A stretch of DNA of 43,320 bases from Nanobdellota archaeon. Its GTDB lineage: Archaea > Aenigmatarchaeota > Aenigmatarchaeia > QMZP01. The notes beneath the pieces are model-generated. The model was not told the DNA's origin. It ran no database searches and was given only the letters and a program-made list of their open reading frames with translations. Of the stretch, positions 29,259-38,137 are shown one piece after another (the first letter of the stretch is position 1; each line of letters begins with the position of its first letter). The translations under genes and the position numbers were made by a program. Location: positions 1 through 43,320 of the forward strand of contig JBDRJQ010000027.1 of the NCBI GenBank assembly GCA_043814765.1. Reading direction: 5' to 3'.

Positions 29259-30365
29259 TTAGTGCTTTCTGCTAATAGTTTCCTGCGTCTTTTTTGTAAT
29301 GTATATTGGTGGTATCTTTAACTTTTCCCACAGAGACTTTATGTTGGATAAAAGAAAGTCGTTTATTCCTCCTGGGTCGTAAGCCTTCAGAACCGTGAAA
29401 ATATATTTAGGCTTGAAGTTAGGTGGGTAGTATGCCAAATATTTCGGTTCCCAGAAAGTTGGGCCGAATTTTTGCTTGTAGTGATAAAGCGGTTTGAAAT
29501 GGTAAAAATAATTCAGGTTGTTATATGCAAATTTAAGAACTTGTCGGATAAACTGTCCTTTTTCTTTATCGCTTGTTACGTTTGATAGTGGAGCAGACCC
29601 CAAACTCACCAAAGAGTATCCCTCTTCTTTAAGCGTCTGGAAGGCCTCTGTTACAAGAAGTTCTGTAGTGCCTTTTATTGTCTTTTTCTTTCTCCTCATT
29701 ATGTCAAAATACATGCCATGCCTGGCGAAAAATGGCACGCAAACTAAAAATGCCTCTATGTTTTTTTTCTTGTTAACAACCAAGAAATATTTTCTATCAC
29801 CAGGCTCTTTGAATGAAGGACCACCGACCAAAAAAGAGAATTCACCTGTTTTTTTCTCCTTTAGCCATCCCTCTGATATGAGTGCTATTTGTTTTTCTAT
29901 CTTCCCATTCCTCCTTTCTTTTGGTTTGTATTCTATTACACTAAGACCATTTCTTTTTGCATAGCTTATATGATTTCTTAAAGTCATGAATGCAGAGCCA
30001 GACAAATTCCAAGAAGCCAGGTCAAAGAAAGGCTCTTCACCTATCTTTATGTAGCCGAAACCCATGATTTCAAGAACTTCTTTGAATTTTTTTGTTGTCG
30101 CCTGAAAGCAGCAGTCCTTTCCCATGTTTCTGCAAAAATTCCTAAATTCATGAACAAACTTCATTACGTCAGAATCTGAACAGACGGCGTCTCCAGCAAC
30201 AAGAAAGGTGTTTGTTATGTCTACATATGCTATAACGCCTTCTATTTCCTGTTCACTGAAGAAATATTTTTTATCATTACTAAGGATGTTGTAAGAAGAA
30301 GAGTTGTAACCATATTTCTTCAAAAAATCCAAGACTCGGGCCCTTTCGTTTTGTGATTTTTTCAT
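29259..30365 (-). CDS. Standalone MprF-like aminoacyl-phosphatidylglycerol synthase domain (DUF2156)
   Basis: AGDAVC, KIGEE, GEFSFLVG, FDIMRR...GTTELL, SLGSAPL, FYHFKPLYHYKQKFGP.WEPKYLAY; no TM region. Confidence 0.88.
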   Translation of the reverse strand: MKKSQNERARVLDFLKKYGYNSSSYNILSNDKKYFFSEQEIEGVIAYVDITNTFLVAGDAVCSDSDVMKFVHEFRNFCRNMGKDCCFQATTKKFKEVLEIMGFGYIKIGEEPFFDLASWNLSGSAFMTLRNHISYAKRNGLSVIEYKPKERRNGKIEKQIALISEGWLKEKKTGEFSFLVGGPSFKEPGDRKYFLVVNKKKNIEAFLVCVPFFARHGMYFDIMRRKKKTIKGTTELLVTEAFQTLKEEGYSLVSLGSAPLSNVTSDKEKGQFIRQVLKFAYNNLNYFYHFKPLYHYKQKFGPTFWEPKYLAYYPPNFKPKYIFTVLKAYDPGGINDFLLSNIKSLWEKLKIPPIYITKKTQETISRKH

Positions 30366-30375
30366 TTGTTAAATT

Positions 30376-30663
30376 TTATTTTTTGGTTATATATACAAGG
30401 GGGATTAATCCACCTAACTGCAAAAGGTTCAGTATCAGATTGTGCAAGAATATTTCATCAGCGTAGTCAACTCCGGACAACATCCTAAGATAAATGGCTG
30501 ACAGATTGTTCAATAAGAGCAGTGCGGAAAAAATCAGCAACCCCAACGTGAATTCTGATTTTATTTTTCTGAAGCTTGACCAGTAAAAACTGACTAAATA
30601 TGTCAGAAGTAATGAATTGATTATTCTTACGAAAACTATCATATACAGAAGCTCTATAGTCAT
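30376..30663 (-). CDS. Small 3-TM membrane protein
   Basis: KSEFTLGLLIFS motif; follows the wHTH regulator. Confidence 0.8.
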   Translation of the reverse strand: MTIELLYMIVFVRIINSLLLTYLVSFYWSSFRKIKSEFTLGLLIFSALLLLNNLSAIYLRMLSGVDYADEIFLHNLILNLLQLGGLIPLVYITKK

Positions 30664-30700
30664 AATATCAATATTCCATTTATCTATATTTATTCTTATT

Positions 30701-30991
30701 TCACATTTTCTTCAAAATTTCTTCAAATGTGCTGATTTCGGACTGAAATATATCGGTTAGGAAGTAAACCTCCCCGTATTTTTTGCTGTCGCATGCTATG
30801 AATTCATTATCTACAAGAATTTTTATATGATGAATTATGGTCCTGTAGTCCAGCCCAAGTTCTTTACTTAGCTGATGTGAGTTGAATGGTCTCTGCCTTA
30901 ACAGTTCTATAATCTTTATTCTATTCAATCCTCCTTTGGTTCCTGCAAAGGTATACCACATAAGATGCCTTAGTCTCTGAGGAGTTATCAT
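30701..30991 (-). CDS. Winged helix-turn-helix (ArsR-like) transcription regulator
   Basis: GTKGGLNRIKII...RPFNSHQLSKELGLDYRTIIHHIKIL...YGEVYFL. Confidence 0.9.
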   Translation of the reverse strand: MITPQRLRHLMWYTFAGTKGGLNRIKIIELLRQRPFNSHQLSKELGLDYRTIIHHIKILVDNEFIACDSKKYGEVYFLTDIFQSEISTFEEILKKM

Positions 30992-31047
30992 AAGATAGTT
31001 TTGAATTTCCTATTTAAATCGATAATTTCTGAATTATATATTTAAAA

Positions 31048-31066
31048 CGGTCTTTCATCAAGACCG
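31048..31066. promoter_or_regulatory. Inverted repeat upstream of the wHTH operon
   Basis: CGGTCTT-TCATC-AAGACCG next to a TTTAAATA TATA-like box on the minus strand. Confidence 0.5.
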
Positions 31067-31108
31067 CTATAAACAACAATAAATTATTAGAATTATATGC
31101 TATTGAGT

Positions 31109-31225
31109 TTATTTCTTTGCGACCCCTGATTCAAAGGATTTCAAGCTTGAATCTGTGTTGGTTTTGTTTTTAGCGACTTCTCTTCTTGCTGGTTTTCCCT
31201 TGACAGTCATATTTTTAGCTTTCAT
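31109..31225 (-). CDS. 38-aa basic microprotein (not in the ORF track)
   Basis: MKAKNMTVKGKPARREVAKNKTNTDSSLKSFESGVAKK*, preceded by a GGTGAT Shine-Dalgarno. Confidence 0.55.
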   Translation of the reverse strand: MKAKNMTVKGKPARREVAKNKTNTDSSLKSFESGVAKK

Positions 31226-31290
31226 ATTATCACCAATAACTCATTATTAGACCAGAATTTAAACTTATTTCATAATTACTACATAATAAT

Positions 31291-31617
31291 ATGATCGGAA
31301 AAAAACTGTATCCAGAAAAGTTCTGCAAAACAATAGAGCATGCAGACAGTCTTTGGAAGCAGACCAAGGGCCTGATGTTTAGAAAATCCATACCAAAATA
31401 TCATGGTATGCTTTTCACCTTTAATCACGAAGCCAAGCATGGCATATGGATGCTCTTCATGCGCTTTCCGATAGATATTTACTTCTTGGATAAAGACATG
31501 AAAGTCGTATATCAAGTAAAAAACGCGAAACCATTAAATCCACTGAAACCTTCCACATGGAAAGTTTATACACCTAAAAAACCAGCCAAGTATGTTTTAG
31601 AGGTCAAATCCAATTGA
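31291..31617 (+). CDS. DUF192 family protein
   Basis: GLMFR, GMLF, WMLFMRFPIDIYFLD, AKYVLEV. Confidence 0.92.
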   Translation: MIGKKLYPEKFCKTIEHADSLWKQTKGLMFRKSIPKYHGMLFTFNHEAKHGIWMLFMRFPIDIYFLDKDMKVVYQVKNAKPLNPLKPSTWKVYTPKKPAKYVLEVKSN

Positions 31618-31667
31618 TAATGCCATAATCACTATTTTTTGAATTGTCTAATGTTACTGTTATATCA

Positions 31668-32000
31668 TCAATTCCTGAAAAGGCTGGCAAGTGCTCTTGA
31701 AATGTAACCTTTACCGTCATCTATAAACGTATTGAAATTCAGTCCTTTACCAGGTACCCAATACTTGTTAAGATCAATGTCGCCAGTAATTGGGTCTTGA
31801 ACCCTGTTTACATACCATCCTCTTTTTTCATCCCATTCTGGTTCAGTCCAGCGTCTTTCATAAGGAATTTTTTTACCGTCTATATCGAAATAAAAATAAC
31901 TTCTTCCATGAGTTCCAAATCTAAAAGGATATTTTGAGCTAAGAGGATATTTTGAGCTAAGTGTTTCCTCGCTTCTCTTTTCAACTGTTTTTTTAGCCAT
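31668..32000 (-). CDS. Hypothetical protein (ORFan) downstream of the palindromic promoter motif
   Basis: GGTGAT SD before ATG 32000; contains an 18-bp tandem duplication (LSSKYP x2). Confidence 0.7.
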   Translation of the reverse strand: MAKKTVEKRSEETLSSKYPLSSKYPFRFGTHGRSYFYFDIDGKKIPYERRWTEPEWDEKRGWYVNRVQDPITGDIDLNKYWVPGKGLNFNTFIDDGKGYISRALASLFRN

Positions 32001-32020
32001 TATAATCACCATGACTTTAT

Positions 32021-32057
32021 TGTCACTTAATAATAGTAACATTTAAGAGCTTATAAA
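32021..32057 (-). promoter_or_regulatory. TATA box plus palindromic operator, copy B
   Basis: TGTCACT-TAATAAT-AGTAACA (32021-32041), 8 nt, CTTATAAA. Confidence 0.78.
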
Positions 32058-32078
32058 GCTATCGGTGTGCTCAAAAAA

Positions 32079-32699
32079 CTAATTAACATACCTTTTGGGT
32101 ATTGCATCAGCTGACAGAAAAATGTTCCCTGCTCCCTGCTTGGCTCTTTTGAAAAGTGCCAATTCTTCGTTGGGTGTAATAGTACCGTCCCAATTTTCTG
32201 GGAGATAGCTCTGAGTTAACCTAATTACCATATCACGAAGTTCTGTTATGTAAAATTCTGTGGTGAATTCTGCCTGTTCTGTACCTGCTTTTATATCATC
32301 GTATTTTTCCAGGTTTGTGCCAACACCCAATTCGTAAGCTTGGCCTCTTATATCTTCATTCAATACATCTTGTTCATATACTTCTCTAAGATAATTCAAT
32401 GTTTTTCTCTCAACTTCTGTGTGCTTTTCTTTGTTGTTTCCTGGCTCGTAAAGAAGCTCAAATATTTCATGTGTCTTTACGTACTCCAAAAATCCAGGAT
32501 TTTCTTTTAGATCTTCTCTTAAAAGTATTTTGTTTTTTCCATAAAGAGCAAAACCTAGATTATCTTCAATATAATCGTCAAACATGTCTGGTTCATTAAC
32601 ATAAACAATTTCTACTTGCCCTAATCCATCTACATCTATTAATTCAACACCATCATTCTCTTCTGCTTCCATTATTTTTTTATATAAATCTTTTACCAT
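32079..32699 (-). CDS. Acidic hypothetical protein with an HExxE metallopeptidase-like motif
   Basis: YVKTHEIFE plus a downstream His; GGTGAT SD before ATG 32699. Confidence 0.7.
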   Translation of the reverse strand: MVKDLYKKIMEAEENDGVELIDVDGLGQVEIVYVNEPDMFDDYIEDNLGFALYGKNKILLREDLKENPGFLEYVKTHEIFELLYEPGNNKEKHTEVERKTLNYLREVYEQDVLNEDIRGQAYELGVGTNLEKYDDIKAGTEQAEFTTEFYITELRDMVIRLTQSYLPENWDGTITPNEELALFKRAKQGAGNIFLSADAIPKRYVN

Positions 32700-32732
32700 A
32701 CTAATCACCAATTAAATCTTCCATATTTTTAT

Positions 32733-33122
32733 TTACTCGCTGAGGACATACTCTCCATTTTCTTCAAATACTATTTCTCCATAGAAATCTTCACCTTCTG
32801 TAAAGAGATCAGATTGGTAAGTTTGATTAAGTATTAATAAAGTTTCATCTGCTGTTTTTCTATTTGAAACCCCTACATATTCTGTTTTTAGGACATAGTC
32901 GAATTCTGACAAATATGAAAACATTTCTGGATCCATTGAAGGTAAATCCTCTTTCACCCTGTTTATATCTTCAAAAAGGTAAAAATTTACTCCTTCCGGA
33001 ATTTCAGCAGTTTTTCTAATTTTAAGTATTAACGATTCAATTTCATCTGCTTTAGTAGTACATTTAAAAAACCCATATGCTCTCCCAATTTCCATATTTC
33101 CAATTTCTGTATTGCATGTCAT
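32733..33122 (-). CDS. Hypothetical acidic protein downstream of the palindromic promoter motif
   Basis: ORF 32733-33155; the track's GTG start lies in the operator, so ATG 33122 is preferred. Confidence 0.7.
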   Translation of the reverse strand: MTCNTEIGNMEIGRAYGFFKCTTKADEIESLILKIRKTAEIPEGVNFYLFEDINRVKEDLPSMDPEMFSYLSEFDYVLKTEYVGVSNRKTADETLLILNQTYQSDLFTEGEDFYGEIVFEENGEYVLSE

Positions 33123-33149
33123 ATTAACCAATTTACAGTGACTATTATT

Positions 33150-33186
33150 TGTCACTTAATAATAGTGACATAATAGGGTTTATAAA
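33150..33186 (-). promoter_or_regulatory. TATA box plus palindromic operator, copy C
   Basis: TGTCACT-TAATAAT-AGTGACA (33150-33170), 8 nt, TTTATAAA. Confidence 0.8.
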
Positions 33187-33205
33187 GCTTTCTTCATTAT
33201 TGAGC

Positions 33206-33718
33206 TTAAAGGGATATATAATGTCTTTTCATGAATGTCCAGACAATCACACTAATGCTTATGCCTATAATGGATCCTACAAATATATCTATCAAAGTAT
33301 GAACTCCTAGAACATATCTTGAATAAACAACAATCAGCGGCAATGCAGATAATGCCAAAAAACTAGGTTTTCTTACTATTAGAAAAGAGCTTGTGAAAAA
33401 GGCAAAAATTATTGCTGAATGCCCTGAAGGAAAGGATGGAGTTATCGGACAGTACGGATCGCATGCGCTTATTTCTAAACTTTCACACGGGGTGCATGGT
33501 CTTTCTGCATTGAAACCAATCTTCATTCCCTGAACAACAACCATTGTTATTATCAGCGCTGGTATGAATATTTTGAGAAATTCTCTGAAGGTTTTCATTT
33601 TCTTTGGAAAATCGTCTCTTGCCATAAAGTAAAAAACAACAAACAAAACTGCAAGAACGCTCCAAAGATAAGGATCTCCTAACAGACTGATATATTGCCA
33701 GAGAAAAACAAATTCCAT
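33206..33718 (-). CDS. PAP2-family membrane phosphatase
   Basis: K......RP, SFPSGH, SRYVLGVH...D. Confidence 0.92.
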   Translation of the reverse strand: MEFVFLWQYISLLGDPYLWSVLAVLFVVFYFMARDDFPKKMKTFREFLKIFIPALIITMVVVQGMKIGFNAERPCTPCESLEISACDPYCPITPSFPSGHSAIIFAFFTSSFLIVRKPSFLALSALPLIVVYSRYVLGVHTLIDIFVGSIIGISISVIVWTFMKRHYISL

Positions 33719-33734
33719 ATAATATATATTGTTT

Positions 33735-35441
33735 TTATTCTTCTAAAAGCTCTCTTTCTTCTTTGGTTAGTCTTGCCTTTACTTTCCCCAATTCTTTTCT
33801 GTGATAATCCATTATGAAGTTATCCAAAATATCGCCTTCAAGAACTTGTTTTCCTATAGTGACGTCATCCATCGAAACAGCCGCTTTGTCACCTGTTTTT
33901 ATCATCTTTACATTATTACCCTCTTTCTGCAGTTCCTTTATCTCACCAACTACTTTGCCTTTCTTATGCAACCGGTAACCTGGTTTAACAGTACCCTTGA
34001 CAACTTCTACACCAAAAACAGCAGGTTTTTTCTGCCTGAAAACATAGCCTGGAAGAACCCTTATTCTTCCCGGATGCGTGACAGTGTCAAGTATCTTTTC
34101 CTGGCAACGGCATGATTCGTCCTTTTTCCATTTATCATGATTTTCAACAAGCCTGTATATTACGTCAGAATGAAATAATGCAACACAGTTATCTTTTGCC
34201 AGTTTAATTATGTCTGGAGAAACCTTAACACTGAATGCGAATATTACTGGATCTTCTTGCGCTCGCATCTCCATTACATCACTCTTGGAAACAGTTCCTA
34301 CATTAGCTTTGCGAACATGAACTATTCCTTTGAATGTTTTAATCAGCGCTTCTAAGGATCCTAATGTATCTGCCTTTAGAATAACACCATCATTGTCAGT
34401 CTCTATCTCTACCTCATCCATTTCGTTTTCTACCTGTTCTTGTGCTTTTGTTGTGCTCTTTTCGCTTCGCACTGCGCGAAGCGGTGAACCGGCAATGACC
34501 CTTTCTAAACCAGGAGCAGCTATCTTTACACCATCTGCAGCTATAACATAGTCCACGCTATCAAAGTCTTTTTCTATTCGTATGTCTTTCAGAGCTTTTG
34601 GCTTCAGTAATGCTTTGACCTTTGTTTTTATTGTTTCCTCACCGCCTATAACAAGAGTATCTCCTTTCTTTATTTCACCATCGTAAACAATAACATCTAT
34701 GGTAGTTCCTAAACCCTTGAATTCCTTAACTTCAAGAACAGTGCCTTTGCCTTCGCCTTTTTCTACCTCTAATCTATCTTTCAAAAATCTCTGTGATATT
34801 CCTGTGAGAAGCATTAATATTTCTGGTATTCCTTCACCTGTTGTAGCAGATACCGGAACAATAGATATCTTTTTAGTGTAATCATCCACACGATCATATC
34901 TTTCTGAGTTGAATCCCATCTGACCCAATTTCCCTACAATCCTGTACAATTTTTCTTCAAACTCATCCTGTGATCTCTTAGGCTGCTGGCTGAAGGACGT
35001 TACAAAGAAATTTTCTGGATGAGGAGACCATCCTGAAATTCTATCAAATTTAGTTGCGGCGACTATGAAAGGAGTCTTGAACTGTTTCAGGAAATTCAAA
35101 GACTCTTCTGTCTGGGGCTGGAAACCTTCATTGATATCTATAACCAGTATGCCCAAATCAGCTATAGCCCCGCCACGTTTCCTCAAAGTGGTGAAAGCCT
35201 CATGTCCAGGAGTATCTATAACAAGCAAGCCAGGTATCTTTATGTCAATTTTAGCCTGATCTAACAAAGGTCCGCATATCTTTTTGATTGTAGAGTTAGG
35301 AACATAACTAGAAGATATGTGTTGGGTAATCAATCCGGCTTCTCCGCGAGCTACAGCGCTTCCTCTAATCCTGTCTATAAGACTTGTCTTGCCATGATCT
35401 ACATGGCCTACTAACGCTATAATCGGAGACCTGATAGCCAT
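33735..35441 (-). CDS. infB: Translation initiation factor aIF5B (IF-2)
   Basis: GHVDHGKT, GEAGLITQHI, DTPGHEAF, KADTLGSLEAL. Confidence 0.97.
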   Translation of the reverse strand: MAIRSPIIALVGHVDHGKTSLIDRIRGSAVARGEAGLITQHISSSYVPNSTIKKICGPLLDQAKIDIKIPGLLVIDTPGHEAFTTLRKRGGAIADLGILVIDINEGFQPQTEESLNFLKQFKTPFIVAATKFDRISGWSPHPENFFVTSFSQQPKRSQDEFEEKLYRIVGKLGQMGFNSERYDRVDDYTKKISIVPVSATTGEGIPEILMLLTGISQRFLKDRLEVEKGEGKGTVLEVKEFKGLGTTIDVIVYDGEIKKGDTLVIGGEETIKTKVKALLKPKALKDIRIEKDFDSVDYVIAADGVKIAAPGLERVIAGSPLRAVRSEKSTTKAQEQVENEMDEVEIETDNDGVILKADTLGSLEALIKTFKGIVHVRKANVGTVSKSDVMEMRAQEDPVIFAFSVKVSPDIIKLAKDNCVALFHSDVIYRLVENHDKWKKDESCRCQEKILDTVTHPGRIRVLPGYVFRQKKPAVFGVEVVKGTVKPGYRLHKKGKVVGEIKELQKEGNNVKMIKTGDKAAVSMDDVTIGKQVLEGDILDNFIMDYHRKELGKVKARLTKEERELLEE

Positions 35442-35488
35442 TTGAATCACCCATAAATATACATAGAGAAGAACATAATATATAAAGT

Positions 35489-36833
35489 ATGATAGATATA
35501 CGTCTCCTGCGCGAAAAACCAGAACTTGTTAAGAAGAATCTACATAAGCGTGGAATTAAATTGGATGTGGACAAAATCATAAAACGCGACAAGGAATGGC
35601 GTGAAAATCTTAAGAAAATGGAAAAGTTGCGTCACCAAAAAAATCAAATAACAGAAGAAATAGCAAGAACCAAGAAAAAAATTGCTATAACAAAGGTACG
35701 TAAAATAAACAAACAGATAAAAAAAACTGGAAGTTGATATTGATAAATTGAGATGTGAAATAGATATAGAATTAGCGAGATTACCAAACATCCTGCATAA
35801 AGATGTTCCCAATGGCAAGGATGAAAATGATAACACAACATTAAGGAAATGGGGTAATATACCCAAATTCAAATTCAAGACGCTTGGCCATGAACAGATA
35901 ATGGACAGGCTTAATCTCGGTGATGCAGAAAAAGCAGCCAAAATATCTGGTGCAAGATTTTATTTTCTAAAGAACGAGTTGGCAATGATGGATTTTGCTC
36001 TTATGATTTTTGCCATAGATTTTTACACTAAAAAAGGATATGAGCTTCTGCACACACCAATGATGATGAGAAGAGAGCCGTTGGAGGGGGTTTTGGATCT
36101 TGCCGAATTTGAGAGCACAATGTATAAGATAGAGGATGAAGACCTCTACATGATAGCAACAGCAGAGCACCCAATTATTTCAATGCATAAAGAAGAAGTT
36201 TTTAACGAAAAAAATCTTCCGAAGAAATACGTTGGTTGGAGCTCATGTTTCAGAAAAGAAGCAGGAAGCCATGGAAAGGACACCAAAGGCATATTCAGGA
36301 CACACCAATTCAACAAAGTTGAGGTTGTTGTTTTCTCCAAACCAGAAGATTCCTGGAAAATATTTGACCAGATGCTAAAGGACACAGAAGAACTGTATCA
36401 AAAACTAAAGATTCCTTACAGGCTAGTTAACTTGTGCTCTGGTGATTTAGGAGGCAAATCAGCAAGAACAGTAGACCTAGAAGCTTGGATACCTGCTCAA
36501 AAGAAGTACAGAGAAATTACATCATTATCCAATTGCACTGATTATCAGGCTAGAAGACTAAGAATACGCTACGGTACAGAGGGCAAGAAGCCTACTGGCA
36601 TACCGCACATATTAAATAACACAGCAATAGCTACAGGCAGAACAATGGTTGCTATATTAGAGAACAATCAGAAAGCAGATGGTTCAATTAAAGTTCCAGA
36701 TGCCCTAATATCTTTCATGGGAGGCCTTGAAAAGATAGCGCCTCATCAAGAACTGATTGAAAATGAAGAAAAGAAAACAAAGGAACTAAAAGAAAAAGCA
36801 AATAAGCTAAAAGAAAAAGCAAAGAAGAAATGA
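35489..36833 (+). CDS. serS: Seryl-tRNA synthetase interrupted by one extra A in an A8 run (35719-35726)
   Basis: MIDIRLLRE...coiled coil in 35489-35737; catalytic motifs IATAEHP, CFRKEAG, HQFNKVE, SNCTDYQARR in 35748-36833; removing one A joins the frames (QIKKLEVDIDKLRCE). Confidence 0.9.
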
Positions 36834-36851
36834 GCTTGTTCTAGAAAAACA

Positions 36852-36888
36852 TTTATAAACAGTGTACACTAAATAGTAACGTTACTAT
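36852..36888 (+). promoter_or_regulatory. TATA box followed by two perfect palindromes
   Basis: TTTATAAA (36852-59), AGTGTACACT (36861-70), ATAGTAACGTTACTAT (36873-88). Confidence 0.6.
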
Positions 36889-37032
36889 GTTAATATCTCG
36901 CTATCTCGCGTTAAAAACGCTATCATGCTCTACACATTTCAAAATATCCGCAACGCAAGACATCTTGTGTCGCGAAGAAGATAGAAGTTCATGAAACATG
37001 CGTAGAGAAATCAATTTTTTAGGAGGATTAAC

Positions 37033-37200
37033 ATGGGACTGACTGGATGGTCTCTAATAATTATCTTTCTTCTGCTGTTGATAATCATGCTTTTCAGGCA
37101 CGCCGAGAGAAAAGGCGTTAAAAGAGAAATTGAAATGCGTGACCGGACAGCAGAAGAAGTACCACATACAAGTTCACAATACATTCTCAAAGACGAATGA
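37033..37200 (+). CDS. 55-aa single-TM microprotein (not in the ORF track)
   Basis: AGGAGG SD; MGLTGWSLIIIFLLLLIIMLFRHAERKGVKREIEMRDRTAEEVPHTSSQYILKDE*. Confidence 0.7.
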   Translation: MGLTGWSLIIIFLLLLIIMLFRHAERKGVKREIEMRDRTAEEVPHTSSQYILKDE

Positions 37201-37218
37201 GAAAGGAGACGAGATCTA

Positions 37219-37569
37219 GTGAACGATAGCTGGACAAACACATCGCTCAAGTCGCTCATATCGAGTTACTGTGAGCATCTTACCGAAGCTGAAAACATGA
37301 TGGGAGGAAACGAATCCGTCCAAAATGTTATCGATTTTTCCGTTGCAGTTTCCATAAGTGAAAACGGAAGCGTTTCTGGGCTGGAAGAACTGGAATTATC
37401 AATGTCCGATGCGATGGAAAGAGTTGGGAACATTGATGAATCCAGCCTCACATGGAAGGAACGTGCAGGCAGGTTGAGGGTATTAAGCATACTGGAGCGA
37501 CTTGCAATTCCTGTCAGTCGACTTAGGTTCAACATAGATGCCATGAAAAAACACAGTACCCATCACTAA
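37219..37569 (+). CDS. Hypothetical protein
   Basis: AAGGAG SD, GTG start, 116 aa, in series with its neighbours. Confidence 0.6.
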   Translation: MNDSWTNTSLKSLISSYCEHLTEAENMMGGNESVQNVIDFSVAVSISENGSVSGLEELELSMSDAMERVGNIDESSLTWKERAGRLRVLSILERLAIPVSRLRFNIDAMKKHSTHH

Positions 37570-37586
37570 AGAAGGAGGAAAAACGC

Positions 37587-37703
37587 GTGACTGAAAAATT
37601 CGGTCAAACTCTCGTTTGGACTAATGAGAAATACACCGACAGGTTTCCTGTAGGTAAAGCTCGGCTTTGGCTCTACGGCGAGAGGAAGTTCAAGAGGATT
37701 TAA
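37587..37703 (+). CDS. 38-aa microprotein (not in the ORF track)
   Basis: AAGGAGG SD, GTG start: MTEKFGQTLVWTNEKYTDRFPVGKARLWLYGERKFKRI*. Confidence 0.55.
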   Translation: MTEKFGQTLVWTNEKYTDRFPVGKARLWLYGERKFKRI

Positions 37704-37736
37704 CATGTTATCTACCAACCGATAAGGAGGTTTTAA

Positions 37737-38039
37737 ATGAGCCCTTCTCCAGAGGCATGGGTAAACATCTTCAGTAAGCCGCTGAACAGGGATTTTGTGA
37801 TAGGTTTGTTCCAAGCATGCTTCGACTATTTCTGCGAAAATCCTAACATCAAACTACAAAACGATGTTTGGAAGGAAGTTAACAGAGATGAATACATGCT
37901 TGCTATTGATCACAGTGGCGACGAACCAATCAGAAAGATTGTCGCAATAATTCCCAGCGAGTCGGATCCAGTGAATTTGTTCAATCTCATGGAACGACGT
38001 CTCACTGATGATGAGTATCCTAAATTCCAGCCTTCCTAA
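37737..38039 (+). CDS. Hypothetical protein
   Basis: TAAGGAGGT SD before ATG; 100 aa. Confidence 0.7.
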   Translation: MSPSPEAWVNIFSKPLNRDFVIGLFQACFDYFCENPNIKLQNDVWKEVNRDEYMLAIDHSGDEPIRKIVAIIPSESDPVNLFNLMERRLTDDEYPKFQPS

Positions 38040-38137
38040 TGGAGAGAGGATGAGGTTTCGGATTAAGGAGTTTCCGAAGTCTGTTGAAGGCAGACGCAAA
38101 TGAAGGAGTTCCCCAACTCTTTCAGAGAAGATGGTAG

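Noticed and set aside
5424..33186. CRISPR array or transposon-end interpretation of the repeated palindrome
   Set aside because: Copies are isolated, not regularly spaced, not paired around a transposase, and sit at a fixed distance from TATA boxes
37021..37736. AGGAGG sites as proof of bacterial origin of the small-ORF operon
   Set aside because: The archaeal anti-SD also pairs with GGAGG, and core genes here (psmA, rrp4, pfdB) have similar purine-rich sites
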